A stretch of DNA of 64,000 nucleotides from Eledone cirrhosa (GCA_964016885.1 OZ024740.1:197036001-197100000); one strand, 5' to 3'; counted from the stretch's first letter, positions 1-14,059 are shown. Numbers and translations: made by a program. Notes: a model not told the origin generated them from the letters alone.

Positions 1-2390
1 TATCACCCTGTTCCTTTTTCTTGGATAACATTGGTGGTATGAGAGGGATGACTGGTATGTGTAGGCAAATGTTGGTCTTCCATAAAAGTACCTTGCTTAG
101 GCTTGTGCCTCTGCCTCAGAGGGGAACTTTCTAGGTGCAAATCCCATGGTCATTCATGACCAAAGGGAGTCTTCACATTTTTTTTATAGTTCTGTTATAT
201 GCTTGCTTTTTTAATGTTACTGTGGGTATTTTAGGTGTACAGGTAGTCAGTTGGCAGTCATTAGAGTGCCTGCTGTATTTTTCTGGTTCTCTCTGCTCTG
301 GAGTCAAATCCTACAAAGATCAAATCTCATCCTTCTGGGATTGATAAACAAAGTACCAGTCTAGGGTGGTGCATTGACAGAATTGTCAGCGTCAAGTGGG
401 ATCACTTGCAATTTTTTTTGTTTTTTTTTTTCAGCCCTTTGCATTCTGAGTATGCTTACAATGGTACAGGCACCAAGCTATATTGGTCATTGTCTTGCCT
501 TTTCCCTAGATAACAATCAGTGACATGGGCAACTTCTGGTTTTCCACAAAACCAAAATATTTTTAGAACCTGCACCACGCCGAGGAACTTTCCTAGTTCA
601 GATCCTTGGCCTAAAGTGATATATGAATGCCCTCTGTTTATTAGCTTTTAAATGTAACAAAAAGAAAAACAAAAATGGAGAGATTCTTTGTTAACATGTT
701 TTTTCATCATTAGACAGGCTCTGAAAAGTGTTCAAATTTCAGACAAAAAAATTTATTATTAAATGGCTAAAGGGCAGTGGATTCTCAGAATCGGTAGATC
801 GCCTGACACACTGCTTCGCATCATAGTGTTACGGCCCTTTATATTCTGAATTCAAATCCCATCAAAGTTAGCTTTACCTTTCATCCTTATGGGGTGTCGA
901 TAAAATAAAGCTCCAGTAATGCACTGGGCTCGTTTTATTCGACTTTCCCCTCTCCTAAAAGAGCTGGCTTTTTGCCTATAGTATAAATCATCATTAAATG
1001 GCTAAGTATCTAAAATGAGTTGTAGTTAATTAGGATTATAATTTTTTAGTCTATTAATTGACCTCATCTTTAGATTTGAAATATTTATTAGAATATTTTT
1101 TCATAATTGCATCTACACATCAGATGTCATATTTTTAGATATGCATGTAGATAGTACCAGACTGGATTTGTCAGTGGGCTAATGGATAAGAGTATACTAT
1201 TCTTAGTTTAGAAATATAGGTTATTAGTTCAATTTGAGATTGGTACTATGTAATTATCTCATAAAAATACACCTGATTATGATTGGAAATCAAACTGATT
1301 AAAACATAGTCTCATAAAAGTATTATTCATCTCTAAAGATGAGGTTAATAGTCTAAACAATTATAATCTTGTTGTATAGCAAAAAGCTTAGCACACCTAC
1401 CTCAGGAGCCGTTTCCTGTTGTTGGTCTTGTCCAGATGGGATATATCCTTGAGTGCCCTACCTACCTAATATCTGGCCAGAACCTATCAACATATCTCAA
1501 GCTCACGTGGCAAAACAGGTCCGTTTGACATGACAGTCCGGAAAAAAGAGAGGCACACCACACTGGTCCTACTTCCATTTATGTGATGTCACTTGCTCTT
1601 ATGCTTCTGGCCAGGCCCTCCTGTCCCATAATGTCACTGACCCTTATACTTCCTGAAAGGTCGCCGGCCCCACAAATCTAAAAATTCATATTTTTAATAG
1701 AACAATTCTTTTTCCCCCATGAAAGATCTCTTCATAAAAATGGTGATTAAAGGTAGATTTATCTTTAGCCTCTGACGTGGAACAGTATTGTTTCTGTGTA
1801 CAGTGTTGACTTACTTTTACCACAATTATTATACTGTTTATAGATTTGATTAATCCTACTTAAAGTATGTCAAACAACACAAATAAAGATCATATTGTTT
1901 TTTTCCTTTTGTATTCATTGCCATCACTGCCAGGTGTCATGGTGTACTGGAGCTTATCACACTTTTCAAAATGGTTCAGTAATAGTGTGTGTGTGTGTAT
2001 GAAGGTGTGCTACCTAGTGGATAGGGCACTGATCTCTTGATTATAAAGTTGGGGGGTTCAATCCCCAAAATAGGCAATGTGTTATGTCTTTCACATGGTT
2101 CCAGTCCACTCAGCTGAAAATGAGTACCTGCAGTAGTTAGGAATAGGCTTGTACCAATTAATTAGCATATAATCATTAACGACATCAGCCATTATTAGTA
2201 TTACACATTTTCATATCACATAATAATCGGCCAATTTTTTTACCAGGTAATCCCTAGATAAGATTTAACCTTGTGGTGCACTGGCATCTTATCCAGGAGG
2301 AGTCTTGTACTCACAGTTGCTTAATGATACATGAAACTAAACTAGGCTCCAGCCTGATGAGCTTCAGGACTTGAGAAAGATTTTAATTAA

Positions 2391-2597
2391 CCATTTAACA
2401 TTTAAACCGGCCATATCCAGGCAGAATTCTCTCACTTCTTTCTGTTCAAACTGGCTATAACCAGCTGCTCATACTGATTTTGAAGTATTTTTCTCAAAAT
2501 AAATAATATCTTGATATCATGTGAGGTAATTATGTGAAGTAAAGCTTTTACCATGAAAATATAATAGTATATATAGAGTAATGTAAATGCTAAAGGG
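2391..2597. mobile_element. piggyBac-type MITE (opposite orientation)
   Basis: TTAA|ccatttaacattta...taaatgctaaaggg|TTAA; internal homology to 22105-22325. Confidence 0.8.
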
Positions 2598-4189
2598 TTA
2601 AAGTGGCAATGTGCGATTCTGCCCCCTTAGTACTGGATACTGGAATATTACAGGTTTACACCGAGCACAGCAAACTAATAAAACACTGTTTCTTACACAG
2701 TGAGATATGTACGGATCTATACAACTCCCGATGGAGTTGTATACGTGTTCTAGTGGCATACAGTGATTTGGGGGCATTTTAAGCCTGGTGGAGCCCATCT
2801 CTCCAGGTCTGAAAACAGCAGATTTCTTCTAGAAAACGATAGAAAGTGAAAGATAGGAAGTGAGAAAGATATATACAGGAAGAATCGACCCCAGTTCAAG
2901 ATTTTTTTTTTTTTTTTTATTGACCTCAAAAGCATGAAAGGCAAAGTTGACCCTGGCCAAATTTGAATTCAGAAAGCAGAGAGCCAGAACGAATACCACA
3001 AAGCATTCTATCTGATGTTCTAATTACTCTACCAATTCATCGCCTATAGTGAAATAGAGCATCGGACACAATGCTTTGCAGCATAGAGTTACGGCCCTTT
3101 ACTGTCTGAGTTCAAATCTTGCCACGGTCAACTTTACCTTTCTAAAGTAGAAACCATTATTATTATTGGGTTTCTGAGGAAAGAAGAATTGTATATTTAT
3201 TTATTATTTGACAGAATCAGTAGAGCATCAGAGAAACTGCTGTAAAGCATTTAGTTCTGTTCCTTTCAATCTGAGTTCAAATCCTATCATCGTCAACTTT
3301 CGTTTATCCTTCTAGTATCAGGGTTGATTTAATTCTATAACACCTCCAAAATTAGTGCATTCTTCGCTCAAATCTTGCCTTTCAATTTTTCTATGCGTTG
3401 GCTGATAAAATAGCACTCACATATTGGGTTGTATTTGTTATATGTGTTTATATTTTCATTCTAAAGGAATTGTGAGCAATTTGTTATGTAATTTATGCAT
3501 ATATTTAATTTATGTATATATTTAATACACCACTCCTAATTATCAAATTTTGTGTCTTTATGTCAATGAAAATAAAACAAAAAGGAAATCATTATTATTA
3601 TTTAATGTTTTGTTCCCTTAATTGTAGATAGTATCTAGTTTAATGTAATTAGGGGTTATAGAAATTTGATTGCACTTATCTTTTGACAAGTTAATTGTTG
3701 TTGAGATAAAGAGTTGCTTAAAACTAGCCAAATGTAGCAGTCTAATCCCTTTCAACAGCTTCTCTCTCAATTTTAAAATTAGGTCAAACAAGTTTACTGG
3801 ATTCCTTGTGACAAACATGACCTATATAAAGACAGAATGTTGATGTGTTCAGTACAAATTGAATTCTGAATTTCTATCATACAATATGACATGCTAAGTT
3901 ATATATCTGGTTAAAGGGAAGCTGTTAACAGCTCTCTGTCATCATTTAGTCAGATATCCTGCTGTTAACATTTGCACTAGTTGTTTTTACTCTTACTTAT
4001 GGTAATCGTCATTAGCTATATAAATATACTGAAAGGAACATTGAAAGTTGTGAGTATCGACATAGAACCCTGAGACAGCTTACTCAGATCAGGGCTCTAT
4101 GCAAAGACACAATATCCTCACAAAAGACATGCATTCAGACAGCAAAAATCAAAAGTGAGCTCACTCTAGATATAGAATTCATATATATA

Positions 4190-4268
4190 CAGGGTGTCTC
4201 CCAAAAATGTATACACATATTTATTAGAATGCTGTTGAAGAGTGTATACATTTTGGGGGGACACCCTA
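4190..4268. mobile_element. Tiny Tc1/mariner-type MITE (about 79 bp)
   Basis: TA|cagggtgtctcccaaaaatgtatacac...gtgtatacattttggggggacacccta|TA; TIRs of about 27 bp within a TA tract. Confidence 0.75.
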
Positions 4269-6172
4269 TATATATATATATGTGTGTGTGTGTGTTAATG
4301 GACCTGTGCCATCAATAGAGTTGGCAACAATAGAGTTGAATGTATTTAGTTTTGGGAGTCCGTGATTGGTATGTTGTATATACCAAGATCATCAGATATA
4401 TGAACAATCATAGAAACTGGGTAATTTGTGTTTAAATAAATGAATGGTTTACATAAGAGAAAGAGTATATAGTTAATGTGGATTACTGACACGTGGAAGT
4501 GATTAAAGATAAGAATATTTTAATAATTTAGTTCTAAGATACAATTACATACGTGTTCAGTGTATATGTACAAATGACATACAGGATTAAAGATATTAGT
4601 AACTTTGGAGAAATAACTATTTACAGGGACAAATGTAGGGTTGGAAAGCAATGACCCTTGTGATGTGCAGCCAATTGTTGCACTTGGTGGTGAATTAATG
4701 GTCGTTTTGCCCCCCCCCCTCTTTCTCTCACTCTGGTCATATATTTTGGTATGTTGTATTTGTTTGGTTCCTAGCAATGGTTAAATGTATTTGTTATATG
4801 TGTTTATATTTTCATTCTAAAGGAATTGTGAGCAATTTGTTATGTAATTTATGTATATATTTAATTCTTCTGAAAGAATTGTGAATAATTTGTAATGTTA
4901 TTTATACACCTGTGAATAAAAAATAATATATTTCTTAATTGTAGCAATATATCCACTCTACTTTGTGTATTCATTACTGACTTCAATTGTAGTTCTTTCT
5001 GTTTCAAATGGGAACACTAACAATAATATGTGTATATATATATATAAATTTACCTCAAACGAATTTCGCCTCATGGAACACATTCTCATATATACACTAC
5101 TGGCAGATTGACCCTAGTTTAGAAATGTGACTCTCTTAGTAAACATGAGGGTAGAATTGGGATGAGGTAACTACATATTTTCCTCTCTTCTTCCCTTCCC
5201 TTTAAATCCAAGGTTAGAAGTTAGTAACCTTTACTCTCATAGTGTTGTTATTTTCTTTGCGGCTGTCATCATCTATTCATTTTTTTATATGTATTTTGTT
5301 GAACAATTCCACTATAAGATATAATAATTGTGTTCTTGTTTGCTTTCAATAAGATAAGTGCCCCACCCTCATACCCATGATAGGTGTGGCAAGTGCTGGG
5401 TGTTGTTGATGTTTAGCACCTATTCAGCTCTGCTCCCCACCCCAAAGGGAAACTGATGGTGAAAAACATTCCAATTATGACCACCCTGTCTGTTGTTTTT
5501 TTTATTCTTTTTTATATATATATAGTGTGTCATAGACTACTTTATACAATCTTTCCTTCTTTTTTTTTTTTATTATGTTAGGATGTGATTTTAGGGAGAT
5601 ATGCCAGATGTTTCCAAGCCAAGTGGGTGAACCATTGTTGCCGGCTTGTGTGTTTGTTACTCAAGACAAACTCGTTCATGATCATGAGAGTACAACACTT
5701 CCCCCTGGACATGGCACCAGCCCATCACAGGGTTAACTCCCAGCTACAGTTGGTACTCCTTTTCAGCTGAGTGGACTGGAGTAAAGTGGAATAAAATGAT
5801 TTGCTCAAGAACACAGCACACTACTTACTCTATCAGAGAATTAAATTGTATGTCCTATGTCCAACACCTTAACCACTACAAGACATGCCTTCACTCATGG
5901 AATGGGTATACATGAGATTATATAACAAATCTGTTTACAGACATAATAAGAGAAAGTCTTAGCATATTTACCAATCTGCCTGTTATTATTGTTGACATTA
6001 TCAAAACTAGGAAGGCAATAGTTGTATTTTACTAAGTTCTGGTATTTAGATTATCTTACTGGCTTGTATTGTTGTTCATATGTCTTTATTTTAATGTTTT
6101 GGAATTCCTGTTATCTAAATATATTTCTGTATCACCTCACAAATACTGGCACCCATTGTATTATGGAGTCCC

Positions 6173-6173
<1 letters not shown>

Positions 6174-6225
<52 letters not shown>

Positions 6226-6348
6226 AGTGTGTGTGTGTACATACACACATACATTGATGTTTTGTATTTGTTGTGTTAGATTGCATTATCTAAATTATCA
6301 GATTTCCTCAGACATACAAACATACACACACATATATGTGTGTGTGTA

Positions 6349-6430
<82 letters not shown>
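6174..6430. repeat. (GT)n/(AT)n compound microsatellite (many others, e.g. 9353-9400, 20055-20385, 35927-36072, 37260-37480, 38620-38722)
   Basis: Directly visible dinucleotide and trinucleotide runs. Confidence 0.95.
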
Positions 6431-6784
6431 ACCAAGAAAAGACTGCCATGTCTGTATATTTGAAACAAAATGTCTCCCACAGTAAGGATATGGACATATG
6501 TGTCAACCAGCCAGTCAGATTTTGTTTGCTTTGTAGAGACTGTAATGATAATGCAGCATAACAGATAAAATAATTTATTCTATTACAATTAGGGAATGGG
6601 AGAATATATTCTCCATTTGTTGATAACTCAATTTGTTTATGACAAGCTTTGATCAGCCACTATAAAATGTTACATGCAATATGAGCTTCAACTTTAACAT
6701 CAAGAATTAATATTTAACTAAGGTGAATGCTATAGATTACAGCATTCTATAAGATTGTTTATGAGTTATATATATATATATATG

Positions 6785-6827
<43 letters not shown>

Positions 6828-6829
6828 AA

Positions 6830-7257
6830 AGCGCTTAGTGGTTAGAACATTGGGCTTGCAATCAAAAGGTTGTGAGTTCAATACTCGGACTGGGTATGTG
6901 TTGTTTCCTTGAGCAAGGCACTTTATTTCACATTGCTCCAGTTTACTCAGCTGTAGAAATGAGATGATAGGACTGGGGTCCCTATGATTCCACTGCAAAG
7001 TGGTCGTGGAGATGCCACGGCAAAAAAGCACCCAGCCCACACTGTAAAGTGGACGTGTAGACGCCACTGGAAAAAAAATAGCACCCGGCACTCACTGTAA
7101 ATGAGGTTGGTGTTAGGAAGGGCATCCAGCTGTAGAAATCAAGCCAGAATCAGTTGCCGTATGAGCAAGACATGGTCAGCCGACCGGACACTGCCTACAA
7201 CAAGACAACCCGTCTAACCCATGCTAGCGTGGAAAACGGACGTAAAACGGTGATGAT
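6830..7257 (+). mobile_element. tRNA-derived CORE-type SINE (family 2) with RTE subfamily A 3' tail
   Basis: Head gcttagtggttagaacattgggcttgcaatc...gagttcaat; CORE-like ccttgagcaaggcacttt...cagtttactcagctgtagaaatg; about 6990-7257 matches RTE 3' UTR 34920-35180. Confidence 0.88.
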
Positions 7258-7339
7258 ATTGTTTTCAAGATTTGAAGTCATTTGCTATTATTTCTAGTGG
7301 ATCATATGACTATGTAGAAATTCACTCATTGACTGGTGC

Positions 7340-7780
7340 AACGAGGTGCAGAGCACTCAAAGTTGATGGAAGTGATCATGTGGGGAGACCCAGGAAGACT
7401 TGGGATGAGGTGATAAAAGCTGACCTTGCTCAATTGCACCTCTCAAAGACAATGATACAAGGCCAAGATCTCTGGCATTATGCAGTATTACAGAAGGCCT
7501 GCCTTCCCATGGGCACAGGCTGAAGCTGAAGCATAAATCTAGTGAAGCCTCTAGCCCACATTGTAAAGTGGTCATGTAGGTGTCACAACAAAAAGCATCC
7601 AGTACTCACTGTAAATGTTGTTGGCATTATGAAGGGCATCCAGCTGTAAAAACAAAGCCAAAATCAGTTCTGTATGAGCAAGACATGGTCACCTGACCTG
7701 GCATTTCTCACAAGACAACTCGCCTAATCCATTCTAGCATGTAAAAAATGGACATTAAACAGTGATGATGATGATGATGA
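7340..7780 (+). mobile_element. RTE LINE 3' fragment (subfamily A, diverged)
   Basis: RCRALKVDGSDHVGRPRKTWDEVIKADL plus a 3' UTR homologous to 34890-35190 and a (tga)n tail. Confidence 0.88.
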
Positions 7781-8622
7781 CTCTATTTCTGTTGTTGTTT
7801 TAGTTGCTGTTGCCAAATGAGGACATTTGTTGGCACACATTCCTATCATTCTCCTCTCATTAATCCAGAGATTAATGAAATCTAGATTAATTATTATTTA
7901 CATGTTATTTAGGAAAATAAACAAAGCCCATTCTGATACTAATTCACCATAGTCTGTTTTATGACCCATGACTGAAAATGTCACACTTCTATCAAATGGC
8001 TTGAGAATCAATTATGTGTGTTAATATTGATTCAAAGAATAATATTCAAATTAAATATAGTGATAGATTTAGGTAATGCAGCTAATACTTTGGGAAGATA
8101 ATGTACTTTAGTATAGTTCTTTAGTCATTTGTTTTTATATATATATTACTTTAATGGCAGGGGATTGGCAGTATTGGTAGAACATCGGACAACATGCTTT
8201 ACAGCATACAGTTATATTCTGAGTTCAAATCCCATCGAGGTTAGCTTTTCCTTTTATCCTTACAGGGTCGATAAAATAAAGAACCAGTAATGCACTGGGG
8301 TTGATTTAATTAACCCCCCCCCCCCATTTTTTTACCTTGTGCCTAAATCAGAAACCATTATATTTATTACTTTAACTAACAATGGAGCTTTGTCAGGATC
8401 TCTACTTACAAGAAATAGCTACCAATTCACCCTCAATTCACTCCCTATTTCTTAAAAAATGACAGAAAGAGTAGATTATTTGGTCCTTACACCCAATTGA
8501 GAGCATAGAATAAAATATTTTGTAGTAGGTTCTCTGGCTCTCTGTGCTCTGAGTTCAAATCCTGCCATAGTAAAATTTGCCTTTCATCTTTTGGGGTCAA
8601 TAAAATAAAGTAACAATTCAAG

Positions 8623-8895
8623 TCAGTGAATTGGCGAAATTGTTAGCATATCAGATAAGATGACTTGTGTTATTTGTTCTGGCTCTTTGCATTTTGAGTT
8701 CAAATCCTACTGTAGCCTACTTGGGTGATAGATTTGATCTATTTCTCAATTTAACTCCCCCACTCAGTCCTTAGGTACCTTTTACAGAGTTCACTCTGTT
8801 TCAAGTATTCAGACCAAGTCTCAAGTTTAAGGATGCCTTCCTTCCTCCCTCCTTCCAAGCTTGTAGGCCCTGGAAAATGTTATGGACACTGCTCT
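8623..8895 (+). mobile_element. SINE with family 1 head and alternative body (family 1b)
   Basis: Head gtgaattggc...gagttcaaatcc, then tgtagcctacttgggtg.tagattt..tc...gagttcactctgtt...ccaagtct...ggccctg.aa...gacactg. Copies at about 12360-12540 (-), 26775-26945, 51870-52135, 52915-53420 and 54300-54510 (-). Confidence 0.7.
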
Positions 8896-9346
8896 TTTTT
8901 CTCTCACTAAATGTCTGAAAAGGGGTGATTTGTTAAGACAGAGATGCCTTTGATTACAGATTTGCTTGATCTGGGCTTACTTTGGGCTAAACAAAAGTAA
9001 TGACTTCAGTCTATATTTTTTCCATATGTTCCTGTCAACAAAACAATAAAATTGGGTTATATATAGAAAACACTTCATAACTATTTAATTGTAAAAAAAC
9101 AAAATTCCATATACAAATGATTGCCTCTTGAATAAGAAATTAACTTGTGAACTATATAGTTAAAACATGGTTTACAGAACACTATTTCTACTTTATGGTT
9201 TAATATAGGCACGGTTGAGAAATTCACTTCGCAACTACTTAGTTTGGGGGTCTTGTTGCACTGCATGGCACCTTTGACAAGTGTTTTCAGGGTGACTAAT
9301 GCCTTGTGAATGAAATTTTGTAGATCGAAACTGTACAGAAGCCCAT

Positions 9347-9403
<57 letters not shown>

Positions 9404-10447
9404 ATCTCTGTGTGTGACACCACTTAAACATCTGGTGCCATTTGTTTATATCCTGTATCTTTTTGTTGGTTGAAGACCAGTGGAATAAGCACCATATTTT
9501 GAAATAAATAATAGTTGGCATCAAGAAAGTCATAGAATACTGCCTTAAAAGTCATCTATCCCATGCCATCATGGAAAAGTAGACATAAATACTATGATGT
9601 TATTGTACCATAATGTTTATGGTGGTGAATGTTATCCTATTTTCTGTGCTTTACAGTTGTACCATATTTGTGTCAGCCCTAATTGAACATACCTATGATT
9701 GAAAGACTTTCTAGCTGTTCTCATATTTTTATTGTATATATAGTCTTGTCAAAAGATAATGTTTCTCATTTGTCCATTGTCTATCGTTTTGTGTTCACTT
9801 TCAAGACTATTATACTCCTGTTTTTGTACACAGTGCTTTAGAACAGTGTAATCTTTCTGATAATACAGTTAGAAGTTTTGATGTTATTGTTGTTCAGCAG
9901 TAGTCTAACTCAATTTTCACAAAATTTATAATGTCATGGGTGTAATATCCAACTGAACACCCAGGAACTGATTATTTTTGGTTAATATGTATAGCTGTGA
10001 CCATCCTTAATTATGTTGGGTTGGTGTTACACTAAGGGTTAATTATCTATAATCTTGCCCTCAGAGCTTTCTGATCTGGATTAGGGATGGTTATACTTGG
10101 GTTTAGAACTTGCAACCTCTGATCTTGACACCTATGATAGTAGGTGGGAGGAATATTATTTAAGATAAAAGAACACATTGGCTTAAATAGGCATTTTTAC
10201 ACCCTCTCTGTAAAACTGTTCTTCCCCCTATGGCAAAACACAACATACATAAACACAATGTTGATTATACAATAGTATCAGTTTGAGATATAAATAGATG
10301 GATGTGAAATGTAAACATTCTATTAATGTATTTCTCATGATAAGATTAATAGGTCAAGTTTAATATCTCTAATCCTCCTTACTGAGTGTCTTTACAGTAA
10401 TTTACTAATGCACTGTCAATCAGAATTATATGCAGCAGCTACCATAC

Positions 10448-10481
<34 letters not shown>

Positions 10482-12630
10482 CTCTTGTTATTGCTTTGTT
10501 CTTTAATCACAATAAAACAGTTTAAAAAATAATTGTTTCTACTTTTGGCACAAGGCCAGCAATTGCCCAGTACATTACTGGTACTTTATTTTATCAACCC
10601 CGTAAGGATGAAAGGCAAAGTTAACCTCAGCGGGATTTGAACTCAGATCATAAAGGGACATATCTATGCTAGAAGGCATGGCATCTGACCCTCTACCGAT
10701 ACTGCCAATAATCTTAAATGGTATTCTCCCAATAGGACTTATTTTTTTGTGACAGTGCTCTCAACCATTTTTGATATAACACAAATAGTTTGATTCAACT
10801 ACAGAATTATATGCTCTGGTAAAAAAAAAAAAGGTGTCACTTGCAATTGAGAATGATGTAGTATGTACCATGCTTTTGCTAATTGTATTAGGTTTTTATA
10901 TAATCACAAGCAAAAAGACACACTCTCAACCCTCCTCCCTTCTCGTTAGCCGACAGAACATCCAGTATGTGACAGAGTTTGGCGAGCATGGAGCTTGTAC
11001 TTTCTTTATCGACCCCAAAAGGATAAACTCCGAAGTAGACCTTTGCTTTTCTTCCTTTAGAAGTCAACAAATAAGGTACCAGTCCAGGAGGATGAATTGG
11101 TGACAGACAGTATGCCTTGCTGTATTTGTTCTGACTGTGTGTGTTCAGAGTTCAATTCCCATCTGTCACCAGAAAAATTGTGATATGATAAGACTGTGAT
11201 TCCTATCATTAAAACACCCAAGAAACCTCCTCAGAGATGCAGCCTCCAAGAAAGCCAGCTAAAATTGTGCATGTGTGAGCCATAGCTATAACAAGATATA
11301 AAATGCTATGTACAATAAAATATAGAATGCTATGTATGAAGATGGTGTGGAATAATGAGATATGCTGTTTTCAACCTATGCCTATGTCTTCAATTGAAAC
11401 ATAGGATTAAGTGTACTGTCCAAATGCAAATCACACTACCTGTAGTGTGATTTAAACTTAAGTTATATGAATTGGTAGGCTAGTATTATAGTTACTTGGC
11501 CATTTCACTTTTTCTGAATGATGTAATATGTTATATGTCAATGTTAAACCCCAGGTCATATTGACCTACAACCAAATCAATTCTGCTGTGATCATCCGGT
11601 CTATTTTCCTAAACATAAAGTATCTAGAACTATATTATCTAATGTGTCTTTCATTCTTTAAGGAGAGTCTGTGATCTGAGAGTCTGTCATCATGAAGAGT
11701 TTCATATTAATGACACACTTTTCAAAAATAAATTCTTCCTGAGACACTAATTAAATTTTGTTAGTTACACAAAATTAATGAAATTAATAAATGAAGACAT
11801 GTTTCTAATTGTATACAGCAGAATTCTCAAATTGCAAATATACATCACAGTCAAATATTAGTAAAAATTGATAATATTTTACTTAATTTACTGACACATC
11901 TCAAATGTTATAGCTTACAGTTTAGGGAGTGGAGTATGTGACAATATAGGGTAGGATATTGCATGGAATTACAAAATAAGCCATGATATGGCATGGCATG
12001 AAATGAAATATAGTTTGGTATAATATATGATGATGGTGTTAATTTTCATTGTAATCAATTTTGACATTCCAGAATGTTCTTTGGTTTATGTTGCCATTGT
12101 TTACTGGCATATTACTCTTTTCAGGAATTTCTTTCTGCTTTACCATAAAATATTTCATGTTTTGTACTCATCTCAATTGGAGGGTTAAAAAATTAGAAAA
12201 AATAATCACTATGATTGTCTCTCCATTTTGCAATTTTTGCATTCCTCCAGTTCATAGAGATGTTACTATGTTCACTCTTATTTTTAACTATTTTTAACTT
12301 CTGACTAGTGGGATGGAAAGAGGAAGAGAACTTTGAACTGGAGATCTGGCTCATGCATGTAATAAATTGGACTCCACTAAGTGCACCCAAGGATGGTGGT
12401 GTTAAACTACACGACAGATTAAGTTTGCCACCTAAGTAGGCCACAGTAGAATTTGAACTTAAAATGCAAAGGGCTGGAAGAAATAACATAAGACATTTTC
12501 TTTAATGCTCTAGCAATTCTGCCGGTCTATCACTCTGTGCTAGTACTTTATTTTATCAACCTTGAAAGGATGAAAGACTAAGTTAACCTCAGTAATATTT
12601 GAACTCAAAGTGCAAAGAGCTAGAACAAAT

Positions 12631-13800
12631 CATCATCATCATCATCATCATCATCGTTTAACGTCCATCTTCCACGCTTGCATGGGTTTGGACGGGAGTT
12701 TTCCCACTTGAGGCAAGAGTGGTTGTCTTGCTCGCATAGGACTGTCTGGCGGGTTTTCTACAGCTGGATGCCCTTCCTAACACCAACCACATTTACAGTG
12801 TGGGGCTGGGAGGTTTTTACCGTGTTGCCTACACGGCCACATTACAGCGTGGACTGTCTAGCGGGTTTTCTACAGCTGGATGCCCTTCCTAACACCAACC
12901 ACATTTACAGTGTGGGGCTGGGAGGTTTTTACCATGTTGCCTACACGGCCACATTACAGCGTGGACTGTGTGTTTTTTGTTGTGACACCTACACGACCTC
13001 ATTTGTTTCGGACTGGATGTTGTGGTACCAACATAACTTCACATTGAAGGGGGTGGTGTGGATGGGGTGGGGGTAGTGGGACAGGGGTGTATTTTTGTTA
13101 GAGGTGCCTACTGACTGTAGTAGGTTTCACTTTGTACTTAGGCAAGGCGGGTCTTCTGTATTACTGTGTAGCACCAAAGATCTCGGTCCAGTGACATTGT
13201 CTTGGAGTTTAAGTGTGTGAGGTCAGAATTTATCAAGTTGTCCCAGGTTTTTCTGGGTTTGCCTACTCTGTGGCTACCGTCTATTTTTATCGCCCTGCAC
13301 TTTTTTATACAGCTGCCGTCTTTCATGTGCATCACGTGACCGTACCAACGTAGTCTTCTCTCGAGTAAACAACATCTGGTCCCTCTTATTCCTAATTTCT
13401 CCCTTAGTTCGTTTATGCTTTGCCGTTCACGTATATTACTATTACACATCCAGCGGAGCATGCAAGCTTCGTTCCTCTCCAGTCTGCGTATATCCTCTGC
13501 ACACAATGCCCAGGTCTCACTGCCATGCAACATTGCTGTTAGTATACAGGCATCATACAATCTGCCTTTTATTTTTAGAGAGAACCCTTTAGCGGCCACT
13601 AGTGGTATAAGCTCTCTGAACTTTTTCCATCCCGTTCTGACTCTAGCTACTGTACTTTCAGAGCACCCTCCCCCACTGCTGATTTTGTCACCCAGGTAAC
13701 AGAAGGTGTCCACTATTTCTATAGAACCATCTGTGCAATGGAATGAGCTAGTATTTTGTGGGCACTTGCTGCTACTTATTGCACCAGAGCACCGGCCACA
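12631..13800 (-). mobile_element. RTE LINE 3' fragment (subfamily C) with 112-bp tandem duplication in its 3' UTR
   Basis: ORF 13138-13713 (-) encodes an RTE C-terminus; (cat)n tail at 12631-12655; 12739-12850 is duplicated at 12851-12962. Confidence 0.93.
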
Positions 13801-14027
13801 TCAAGAAATGTTTTACTGTGATCTAACAACCTATGGTGGCCTGCACGGGTGACAATTACCCAACAGAAATTCATATGGCTTCAGGCATAACTACGTGTTT
13901 AAGAAGTTTGCTTTGCAAACTCATGAATTTAGGTTCAATCCTATTGCACGTCGCTTTTGGCAAGTGTCTTCTGTCATAACCTTGGGTTATGAGCAGAATT
14001 TGGTAGATGAAAATGTGTTGAAACCCA

Positions 14028-14059
<32 letters not shown>

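Noticed and set aside
1400-1680. Possible ancient RTE-like relic on the minus strand (LFCHV...WTRP)
   Set aside because: Too few residues match to support a feature.
2345-2380. ctgatgag...gaaa resembling a hammerhead core
   Set aside because: Part of the older CORE-SINE tail. The sister copy at 21366 has ttgatga and no GAAA, and stems I and III cannot be formed.
6022-6561. CVCVCV/YIYIYI ORFs (also at 20012, 23539, 35942, 37132)
   Set aside because: Dinucleotide microsatellite translations.
6830-6895. tRNA gene-like sequences (also 19236-19310, 22735-22795 minus, and family 1 heads)
   Set aside because: A and B boxes are present, but the cloverleafs are broken and most continue into SINE bodies; these are SINE heads or relics, not tRNA genes.
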